Of a DNA stretch of 52,563 nt, positions 1 to 7,336 are shown one piece after another. Position 1 is the stretch's first letter; each line of letters begins with the position of its first letter. The notes under the pieces are model-generated. The model was not told the origin of the DNA. It searched no databases and saw nothing but the letters and a program-made list of their open reading frames with translations. Origin of the DNA: Candidatus Methanophagales archaeon (GTDB lineage Archaea; Halobacteriota; Syntropharchaeia; Alkanophagales; Methanospirareceae); assembly GCA_025966525.1 (NCBI GenBank), contig JAPDIG010000002.1, forward strand, positions 1 through 52,563, given 5' to 3'. The position numbers and the translations under genes were made by a program.

Positions 1-80
1 GTATCGCAGGGTATTAACACAAAGGAGGAGTTACTGAATGGTAGTTGGTGGAGGGGGCTTATAATTATTTTCCATTTCAT

Positions 81-92
81 AAAAAATAAAAA
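81..92 (-). terminator. Oligo-T tract downstream of the surface-protein gene
   Basis: The plus-strand A-run aaaaaataaaaa reads as TTTTTATTTTTT on the minus strand. It lies just 3' of the stop codon at 105-107. Archaeal termination commonly uses oligo-T tracts. Confidence 0.3.
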
Positions 93-104
93 GGAGTAGA
101 GTCT

Positions 105-1028
105 TCAAATTGGCAACTTTACTCCTTCGAAACCGTCCTTTATCTCTTTTACAATTTCTGCTGCTGTCATGCTTTTACTACTCACCGCACTTGGTGTGTA
201 AATCCAAGTTGTAGAAGCCGTGCTTACCACTTCTTCTGTTGTCGTATTCGTCAACGAAATGACGTAGCACCCACAGAAACTTTCGTTTCCCCAGTCTTCC
301 ACAGGAATTGAAATCTTAAATGACATATAGTTAGTCGACATATTTATCGTTGTCTGCCATATTCGCGTCCAACTGTTTTGATCTGGTATCCCAAAATACC
401 ACTCAAACAGCATGTTTTGGGCAATACCCGTTGGATTCGCAAGCTGAATTGTTGTAGTGATCATATCACCAGGAGAATATTCTTCCTTATCAGTAGAAAT
501 GGAAACTTCTGCTATTATGTTGAAGTTTATTTCTAATCTCTCTGGTCCTCTATGCCTGGTTGCATAGCCCGTTGCTAGACTAAAGGGACTACGTTCATCC
601 CACGAACAGATGACCGGTATCGAATGAATACCGACAGGCGTTCCTTCTTCCACGTGAACCGTGATTTTTATCTCTTTCTCATACCATGGATTTAACGTGT
701 CTATCCCAATTACTGCGGGTCCTATAACAGATATGTTTCTTGTGCTTTCAAACGTTAACTTGAGATTTCTCGCACCGCCAGGTGCACTTCTCACTGTCAA
801 GACAACTTCTTTTGTCTCTCCCGGATAGAAGTCTGCTGGTTTTACATCTGTTATGATAACTTCGCTTGGATAACCGAACTCGTTGGTGCCAATCTGGTCA
901 GTAGCAGGTCTTTCCCCCAACGTGGGTGACATCGTCACTAACACCGAAGCAAGCATTACTGCTGCCAGCACAATACCTATTATTGCTCTTTGCACCCAAC
1001 CCTCTTCTTTCTCTCTCGTTTCATTCAT
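105..1028 (-). CDS. Membrane-anchored or secreted surface protein with Ig-like (CARDB-like) beta domains
   Basis: 307-aa ORF with an N-terminal hydrophobic signal-anchor (AIIGIVLAAVMLASVLVTM) followed by beta-rich sequence. The C-terminal ~130 aa (TDKEEYSPGD..NPT..W.FGIP..KLPI) resemble the C-terminal module of the cytochrome at 16181-17614. No catalytic motif was seen. Confidence 0.6.
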   Translation of the reverse strand: MNETREKEEGWVQRAIIGIVLAAVMLASVLVTMSPTLGERPATDQIGTNEFGYPSEVIITDVKPADFYPGETKEVVLTVRSAPGGARNLKLTFESTRNISVIGPAVIGIDTLNPWYEKEIKITVHVEEGTPVGIHSIPVICSWDERSPFSLATGYATRHRGPERLEINFNIIAEVSISTDKEEYSPGDMITTTIQLANPTGIAQNMLFEWYFGIPDQNSWTRIWQTTINMSTNYMSFKISIPVEDWGNESFCGCYVISLTNTTTEEVVSTASTTWIYTPSAVSSKSMTAAEIVKEIKDGFEGVKLPI

Positions 1029-1093
1029 TTTTTAGCTTTCTCACCTCCATTCTCTTTTTATCCTTCACTTCCTATTTAAAACTTTCTGTTTAT

Positions 1094-2167
1094 TTATTCG
1101 AAATCCGGCAACGCTGAACACGCTCGACATCGTACACATCCTGCCTTGTTCTTCCTCCAGCTCATTCCTTCGTCATGCATTATCTCTGCTACCTCTTCAT
1201 AGATGTAATACATCCTATCCGGGCTTGGCGGTTTCTCTTTTTCCAGCATTGATCCCGGTATAGGACGCAGAGGCACGATGAACGGATAAACACCAAGCTC
1301 AGCCAATAACTTACTACCCTCTATAATAGATTCGTTGCTCTCACCCAGTCCTGCAATTACATAACTGCTGACTTGACAATCGCCAAAAATATCTACACTT
1401 CGCTTCCACGCATCTATATAATGCTGAAACGGTATCTCTGCTTTACACAAAGCTACTTCTTTTAGCACTTCCCTGTCAAAGGACTCTACGTGTATGCCCA
1501 CAGTATCCACCGAATCGTAAAGGGCGTCTATCTTACTGAGTTCCTTCGGTGGCTCAAATTGAGCATGGATAGGCAACCCAGTTGCTTCTTTTATCGCTCT
1601 CGCCGATTCTGCAAGGTAATTTATACCTTTGTCAGGAGTAGCTGTTGTGCCTGTGGTAAGCGTCACATGCGTTACATGGTCTAATTTCTTCGCTGCAATC
1701 GCGACCTCTGCGAGGTCATCTGGTCTCTTCCTCGCTATTGTCGCACCACTTTTCAGCGACAGTTCTATTGCGCAGAACTTACACCGCTTTGGCGTGTTCC
1801 AATAAACACAGGTTTGTATTGTGGTAGTAGCTAAGCAATCAGCGCCGTGCAGAAGTGCAATTTTATGATAAGGTATGCCCTCCCTGGTCTTTAGCTCTTG
1901 AAACTTTGCACTCGGAAATCTCACCTCAGCAATTCTTTCACCATTTCTTTTTATTATATATCTTCCATCTCCATTCTCGCTTTCAGTTTCAACGCTGTAA
2001 GGTGATGTAGAAACAAACCAGCTCTGTGTTGGAACGTTTGCTACCGTGTTACCAAAAAGAAACATCCCACCGGCTGCGGGGCCCGCACCTGCTTTCCTAC
2101 CTTTATCTAACCCCGATACTCTTGCACCTAAACTCAATAATTCAATCTTCAAATTTTTAGTTTCCAT
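1094..2167 (-). CDS. Radical SAM superfamily protein with atypical cysteine spacing
   Basis: 357-aa ORF with the cysteine cluster CLATTTIQTCVYWNTPKRCKFC, followed by a TIM-barrel-like region (VTHVTLTTGTT, GIHVESFD, VIAGLGES). There is a C-terminal CVRCRAC cluster. The subfamily cannot be assigned by eye. Confidence 0.7.
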   Translation of the reverse strand: METKNLKIELLSLGARVSGLDKGRKAGAGPAAGGMFLFGNTVANVPTQSWFVSTSPYSVETESENGDGRYIIKRNGERIAEVRFPSAKFQELKTREGIPYHKIALLHGADCLATTTIQTCVYWNTPKRCKFCAIELSLKSGATIARKRPDDLAEVAIAAKKLDHVTHVTLTTGTTATPDKGINYLAESARAIKEATGLPIHAQFEPPKELSKIDALYDSVDTVGIHVESFDREVLKEVALCKAEIPFQHYIDAWKRSVDIFGDCQVSSYVIAGLGESNESIIEGSKLLAELGVYPFIVPLRPIPGSMLEKEKPPSPDRMYYIYEEVAEIMHDEGMSWRKNKAGCVRCRACSALPDFE

Positions 2168-2182
2168 CGTAATCTACAATCA

Positions 2183-2425
2183 TCATAAAGATACCACCGC
2201 CACCTTTCTCACCTCTATCGGCTTTATCACCCTATTTCTTATCTCCTCTCTTACTTTCTCAATCCTCCTCATTTCGTCCAATGAATACATCCTCTCTCCA
2301 CACTGAACACAAACCTCCGCTTTCACTCCTTTTATAATATATGCCTCCCCTTCAATCATCTCCTGCACCTCTACAATGTCTTCTTTCGTATCTCCACCGC
2401 AAATTGGGCACTTTCCTACTTTCAT
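2183..2425 (-). CDS. YgiT-type zinc-finger protein (MqsA-like antitoxin N-domain)
   Basis: 80-aa ORF with two CxxC pairs (CPICGG ... CVQCGE) in the YgiT finger arrangement. It lies 23 nt downstream of a DUF4258-like gene on the same strand. Confidence 0.65.
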   Translation of the reverse strand: MKVGKCPICGGDTKEDIVEVQEMIEGEAYIIKGVKAEVCVQCGERMYSLDEMRRIEKVREEIRNRVIKPIEVRKVAVVSL

Positions 2426-2448
2426 TTCCTCCTCCTTTCAAAGTCTAT

Positions 2449-2724
2449 TCATCTCACCGGGTCTGATGTATATACTGTTACGACTATCAACATATTAATG
2501 TGCTGGGGTAATGAAGAGACCACATGAATCGGTTTATCGTCTGACTTCCCATACAAAAGGCAACTTGGGAATGGTCTATCGTCCACATATTCCTCTATAA
2601 CTTTCCCATTTTCAATTGCCTTCAGCACTTCATCCGCACTTATACCATCCTTTGCCATTTCAATTCTCGCATGATCCGTGAATTTTATTTGTCTTCTTCT
2701 TATATTTTCTGCGTTCAATTCCAT
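2449..2724 (-). CDS. DUF4258-like small toxin-type protein
   Basis: 91-aa ORF. The pattern FTDHARIEMAKDGIS..VL..I..G..IE...D....LLYG.....PIHVV.....LIVVTVY fits the DUF4258 family, which is often paired with YgiT-finger antitoxins. Confidence 0.6.
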   Translation of the reverse strand: MELNAENIRRRQIKFTDHARIEMAKDGISADEVLKAIENGKVIEEYVDDRPFPSCLLYGKSDDKPIHVVSSLPQHINMLIVVTVYTSDPVR

Positions 2725-2739
2725 ATCACGTTTTTACAC

Positions 2740-4263
2740 TCAAATCCTTAATCTCCACTGCCATTTCCCCCTTTTACCTATCAATTTGCTTATCTCATCG
2801 CTTGTTATCATTCCGATAACCTTTCTATCCTTATCTATCACTGGTAACGCAGAAATGTTATATTTCTCCAATTTTCTAATCACCAACTCCAGAGGTTCTT
2901 CCGGATCTGCGGTCATCACTTTTCTTGTCATTATCTCCGCCAAATCCTCATGTCGCTTTGCCACTGCCGTTGATATATCCCAGGCTGTTACTATTCCTAC
3001 CAGTTTGCTCTCTTTTGATATAACAGGGATATGCGTGATTTGGGTCTCCATGATCAATTTTGCCGCATCTCCTATGCTCGCCCTTTCACTTATCGTCTTC
3101 ACTTCTCTTGTCATCACATCCTTTACCAGAGGCAGCTCCTTCGTCTGTTTCATTGGTTTGAAGACGGTGTCGGTTGGCAGTCTCTCTACCGGCAGCGATA
3201 ATAAAAACTTCCCTGCCTCTAATCCACGCTTCAATTCTGCAGCAATTTTACTCGCCATGTAAAAACTGGAAAGGGGCGATGTTGGCACTTCCTTTCCTTC
3301 TATTTCTATCAATCCCGATTTTAGTTCCTCGTATGTTACTCTCCTCAATACAGGTCGATCTCTTCTGCTAACACCATAATCAAGCACTTCTGTTACAATA
3401 TCTCCGTCACTTATCCCTGTTTTCCTCGCTATTCCTTCATTCAGTACTGGTATCGGTATCCCGATGCCAACGTAGAGAGTCACACCATATCCGTAGAAGG
3501 TAGCACCTTTGAGGAATTCAGCACTCATTTCCTTCAGGTTCCCTGCAACCATTAAAGTTCCAAAGCTGTTAACAGGATTGTGTTGCGTCCCTTCTCCTAT
3601 TACATATCCTCCAGCACCGGAAAGAAAAATCCTTGTTCCCACTCCTATGGTCTCGAAGTCAGGATCGTTAAAAAGAGGGGAAAGTGCCCCTGCGCCACAA
3701 TAATTCGCATTCCGGTAATTGGGAAGCAGCGTGCCCATATAGGTGTATAAAGTTCTGTCTGTGGAGTTCGTCGCAACTACATACCTTTGAGATGAATTCC
3801 TGGGATTTAACATCATCGCCTGATTCAGGTCTTCAAGAGTAATTGTTGTTCCTATTTCCTTACGCGGATAACAATCCGTGCCGTAGCCGATAGCCTTCAT
3901 TTCTATGGGTTTGCCTGCTACTAAATCTTCTATCACATATCCACCGCCATATTCGGCTCCTTTATCCTCTGATGGTTGTGTTGCCCCTAAATAGGCATCC
4001 ACCGCTGCAATTCCGGTATACGCCTCTACATCGTTAAGCCATACCCGCTTCATTTTTATTGGTGGGTCAGCGTGCCCAAAGTTGATGAACACGCCCGAGG
4101 AGCACATGGGACCAAAAGTCCCGGTGGTTACAACATCCACTTCCTTCGCCGCTTCTTCTACTCCTAACTCGCTTACTATCTCGCTCATTTTATCTGCTGT
4201 CACTACATGAACACTTCCATCCACAATTTTTTCGTTTATCTCTTCTATACTTTTATTTCGCAT
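2740..4263 (-). CDS. Homocysteine biosynthesis protein (COG1900/DUF39 domain plus two CBS domains; L-aspartate-semialdehyde sulfurtransferase type, MJ0100/MA1821-like)
   Basis: 507-aa ORF. The large N-terminal domain carries GTFGPMCSSG, NYCGAGALSPL and GIGIPIPVLNE-type blocks typical of COG1900. The C-terminal tandem CBS pair includes VKDVMTREV..ISALPVIDKDRKVIGMITSDE. Confidence 0.8.
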   Translation of the reverse strand: MRNKSIEEINEKIVDGSVHVVTADKMSEIVSELGVEEAAKEVDVVTTGTFGPMCSSGVFINFGHADPPIKMKRVWLNDVEAYTGIAAVDAYLGATQPSEDKGAEYGGGYVIEDLVAGKPIEMKAIGYGTDCYPRKEIGTTITLEDLNQAMMLNPRNSSQRYVVATNSTDRTLYTYMGTLLPNYRNANYCGAGALSPLFNDPDFETIGVGTRIFLSGAGGYVIGEGTQHNPVNSFGTLMVAGNLKEMSAEFLKGATFYGYGVTLYVGIGIPIPVLNEGIARKTGISDGDIVTEVLDYGVSRRDRPVLRRVTYEELKSGLIEIEGKEVPTSPLSSFYMASKIAAELKRGLEAGKFLLSLPVERLPTDTVFKPMKQTKELPLVKDVMTREVKTISERASIGDAAKLIMETQITHIPVISKESKLVGIVTAWDISTAVAKRHEDLAEIMTRKVMTADPEEPLELVIRKLEKYNISALPVIDKDRKVIGMITSDEISKLIGKRGKWQWRLRI

Positions 4264-5293
4264 AATATATTTTCCTCACAGGCCACGATATTTCAATTCC
4301 TTCTTTATCATATCGTCCCTTTAATGCCTTTATAAATTCATGCATAACTAAGTACTTTGCCACTGGTTCCTCCACGCGCAAAATAACCGAGAAGTTTATG
4401 TTTGAGTCTCCGAAAGTATGGTACCTGATGAATGGTTCAAAGGTTTTAATCGCTCCCGGGACGGTTTCCTGTATGTGCTTCGCTACATCAATCGTGACTT
4501 GCTCTACCTTCTCCAGATCCGACCCATAAGCGACACCGCACTGAACTACCGCCGCCATCTCCATGACTGGCAACGAGTTATTTACGATTATACTCTCCGC
4601 GAGTTTCGCATTTGGGACAATGACAAGTGTATTTGGCAGGGTTCGGACCCTCGTGGATCGCCAGCCAATATCTTCCACAAACCCGGAAGGACCTCCCTCT
4701 ATGTCTATAAAATCCCCAACATTTATGGGTCGGTCTGTGATAATATGTAATCCTGCGAAAAGGTTTGAAAGCGTATTTTGAAGTGCCAGTGCAACTACTA
4801 AGCCACCTAAACCAAAAGCAGCGAGTAAAGGACTTATTTCTATCTCAAAATGGTCCATAATCATTAAAAAAGCTATTAAATAGACGACAGTTGCAACCAC
4901 ACTGCTCATCAATTTCGGCATCCGCTCAAATTTCTTCTGCACCCTCAGCCACCTACTTATCAGAACGCCCAAAATCCGGGATACAATCAAAGATAGCAAC
5001 AATACCGTACCAACAAAAAATACCGCATCTATCTTCGCAGAGAAGGGTGCAAGAACCGATAGAGATTTCAATGCGAAATAAAAGCCTGCGAAAAAGATAA
5101 AAATACATAACGGTTTTGTAATTATTTTCAATATGATATCATCAATATCGGTCTTTGTTCGAGCTGCAAATGCCTTAAGGTATATTACGAGGACAAAATG
5201 AACTATTTTGGTGAGAATAGCGAAGCTTGCCAGAATTAACACGAATTGAAAATATTCATTCCAAATCAAACTCTCTATTTCTATCACCGCCAT
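4253..5293 (-). CDS. Small-conductance mechanosensitive channel (MscS family)
   Basis: 346-aa ORF with several N-terminal TM helices. It then shows the MscS signature region LQNTLSNLFAGLHIITDRPINVGDFI..G..G.VEDIGWRSTRVRTLPNTLVIVPN. Confidence 0.8.
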   Translation of the reverse strand: MAVIEIESLIWNEYFQFVLILASFAILTKIVHFVLVIYLKAFAARTKTDIDDIILKIITKPLCIFIFFAGFYFALKSLSVLAPFSAKIDAVFFVGTVLLLSLIVSRILGVLISRWLRVQKKFERMPKLMSSVVATVVYLIAFLMIMDHFEIEISPLLAAFGLGGLVVALALQNTLSNLFAGLHIITDRPINVGDFIDIEGGPSGFVEDIGWRSTRVRTLPNTLVIVPNAKLAESIIVNNSLPVMEMAAVVQCGVAYGSDLEKVEQVTIDVAKHIQETVPGAIKTFEPFIRYHTFGDSNINFSVILRVEEPVAKYLVMHEFIKALKGRYDKEGIEISWPVRKIYYAK

Positions 5294-5422
5294 ATTTTTA
5301 TTGTATTTTGAGCTTAGATATTAGAGTTTGTTTAGACCTGAACTCTGCCTCACCACCCCACAAGTCCAGCAGGTAGAGTGCTTAGATGCTATACCACCGC
5401 GGAGCAGATTATATTTGAGCAT

Positions 5423-5680
5423 TCACTCCCCTGAAGTCGCATATATTTCATAAGGCATTATCTTCTTATTTACCTTTTTCTTCCCTTTCAACTTACTTAC
5501 GAGGTCGGCGGCTTTCTCCTTCTTCTCGCGCTTCTTCAACCGCTCCAATATAGTTGCCATCTCTTTTTCTTTCTCTGCACCGCCGTATTCCTTCTCTTCC
5601 TCTTTTACATATCCCTCTTCCTCTTCTATTTCCTCTTCTTCCCCTTCCATTCCTTCAAAAACCATTACATCCACAACCAC
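5423..5680 (-). CDS. Small, highly charged protein ending in SGE; candidate Pup-like modifier
   Basis: 85-aa ORF with a GTG start at 5680, preceded by GGGGG about 10 nt upstream; an alternative ATG lies at 5665. The N-terminal half is Glu-rich, the centre is Lys-rich, and the C-terminus is MPYEIYATSGE followed by the stop. It sits 68 nt downstream of the second Pup-ligase-family gene on the same strand. It is low-complexity, so coding status rests mainly on context. Confidence 0.45.
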   Translation of the reverse strand: MVVDVMVFEGMEGEEEEIEEEEGYVKEEEKEYGGAEKEKEMATILERLKKREKKEKAADLVSKLKGKKKVNKKIMPYEIYATSGE

Positions 5681-5748
5681 TTTGACTCAACCCCCTTATT
5701 ATCTTTTATTTTTTTTTTTGATCAAACTTTCTTCTAAAGTAAGTTTGT

Positions 5749-7329
5749 TTAATAAATTATCTTGTCAGGATATAACCCTTTTGCTGCCGATAAAATCTCC
5801 TCTATTTCTCTTCCCTCTGTCATTTCCGCCCACATTTCTTCCTTATTCAACATGAACGGTTCGTCCAGCATTATTTTCGCCTCATTAAGCACCATCGTTG
5901 ACCAGCTTACACTCTTCACATGCGGCCCATACCTTTTCAACAGCTCAGCTTTGAAAAATTCTCTCGTTTGCTCCGGTGCATTACTCAGCGCGTATTTCAC
6001 TCTATCCGGTAGGGAAGACCAATCAACTTGCGGCAATTCCCGCTTTGCGAATGTCAGCGACTCCTTCGGATTGAAAAGGCAACTGCCTTTCAGACTTTCC
6101 TCTCCATCCCCGAGGTAATACATCACACTTTCATCCAACAATGCATATTGGTTACAGATGCTTATTCCTTCGGAAGCGCTTTTCGGCTCGTAATTCACAA
6201 GCAATGCCAATTTCGTCACCCAGTCTATCCCATCCACGCATTCTTCCACATGCCGAGCTTCCAGCTTCTTTATCACTTCCTTTAAACATTTTCTCCCTAT
6301 TCTATCCCATTTCCCTTCTACTCCCTTCTCTTCGTACATCTTCTCTATTGCTTCGAGATAAAATAGTAGAATGGAAACAGCGTCTGTCCTACTGCCGTCC
6401 TTCAACTTTATCTTCCACTCGCATTCCTGCGTATCCAGTGATATTTTCTTGAACGCACTCACCGGGTCTTCTATCTCCGGAGCGTCATCCAGGAACCCCA
6501 ATTCAAATGCACAAATTACCATTGCTTGCGCAATATCACGCAAGAAAATTGCGTATTCAGAACGAAGTGCTTCGTAATGTATATCGTGCAGTCGCCAGTA
6601 TTTGCGTGCAGCATGAGGTTGGTCTCTCGTGTTTAAGATACCCCTGCTAACGGTGGTGGAAAGAGAAGATTTTTGAACAACAAACATCGCTCTTGGCGAA
6701 ATAACGAACTTCACGCCCTCTTTTCCAATGGTCTTCCCAGAAACGACATCGCCTGACCCAGTGAACAATATCCTTGTAACAACCCAGGGTATTAGCGCTT
6801 TTTCTACACGACTCCAATCCTCACACGCTTCCCTTTTTGTTATTATATTCCCGTGCGTGGCGTATGTATTGGTATTTACTTTTTCCCCTTTTCCTATGTG
6901 TACGCCACTGCTAACAGCGCGACTGAAAAAATTGGCGACATTATTTTTATGAATAGCTACTTTTTTTTTCAAAGCCCGGCTCGCCTCTTTTGAGCCTATA
7001 AAAGCGTATATCTCCGATGCTTTATCGTATGCCACGGCATCAAAGGGGTTATTGTAAGAAGGCGTGGATATTTCAAGATGTCCCATATCGTTGTAAATCC
7101 GGCAGCCATTCTCACCAAACGAAGACGCGATTCTCGCTTCGTGCGCTTCCTGTGATACTTCGGTGGCGGTGTCCCACTTCACATCGTGTGAAAATCGTCT
7201 TCTTTTTAAACCCTGAATCGCGGCGTTAACGAGCAAGGATGGATTTAAACCCGCTTTTGCAGTCACTGGATATTCCTGCTCCACCCCTCTTATCTTATTC
7301 TCCGTCCCTTCCCCAACTCCCTTCCTCAT
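5749..7329 (-). CDS. Pup-ligase/deamidase family protein (PafA/Dop-like), paralogue B
   Basis: 526-aa ORF. Its blocks match PafA motifs as I recall them: GVEQEY (GIETEF), ENGCRIYNDMGHLEISTP ([20 protein letters not shown]), LIPWVVTRILFTGSGDV (LPFLVTRQLICGAGKV) and ILNTRDQPHAARKYWRLHDI (INTRDEPHADAEKYRRLH). Confidence 0.85.
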   Translation of the reverse strand: MRKGVGEGTENKIRGVEQEYPVTAKAGLNPSLLVNAAIQGLKRRRFSHDVKWDTATEVSQEAHEARIASSFGENGCRIYNDMGHLEISTPSYNNPFDAVAYDKASEIYAFIGSKEASRALKKKVAIHKNNVANFFSRAVSSGVHIGKGEKVNTNTYATHGNIITKREACEDWSRVEKALIPWVVTRILFTGSGDVVSGKTIGKEGVKFVISPRAMFVVQKSSLSTTVSRGILNTRDQPHAARKYWRLHDIHYEALRSEYAIFLRDIAQAMVICAFELGFLDDAPEIEDPVSAFKKISLDTQECEWKIKLKDGSRTDAVSILLFYLEAIEKMYEEKGVEGKWDRIGRKCLKEVIKKLEARHVEECVDGIDWVTKLALLVNYEPKSASEGISICNQYALLDESVMYYLGDGEESLKGSCLFNPKESLTFAKRELPQVDWSSLPDRVKYALSNAPEQTREFFKAELLKRYGPHVKSVSWSTMVLNEAKIMLDEPFMLNKEEMWAEMTEGREIEEILSAAKGLYPDKIIY

Positions 7330-7336
7330 TATGCCA

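Noticed and set aside
5294-5422. A GC-richer intergenic stretch between mscS and the small charged ORF, inspected as a possible tRNA or ncRNA.
   Set aside because: No acceptor/T-arm pairing or TTCGAAT-type loop is present on either strand. It more likely holds the terminator of the Pup-like operon and the mscS promoter.
5560-5650. GAA/GAG-rich repetitive DNA within the small ORF, considered as a microsatellite or non-coding spacer.
   Set aside because: The repeats are irregular and in frame, encoding a poly-Glu tract. The ORF has a plausible RBS and a defined non-repetitive C-terminus. I kept it as a low-confidence CDS rather than a repeat.
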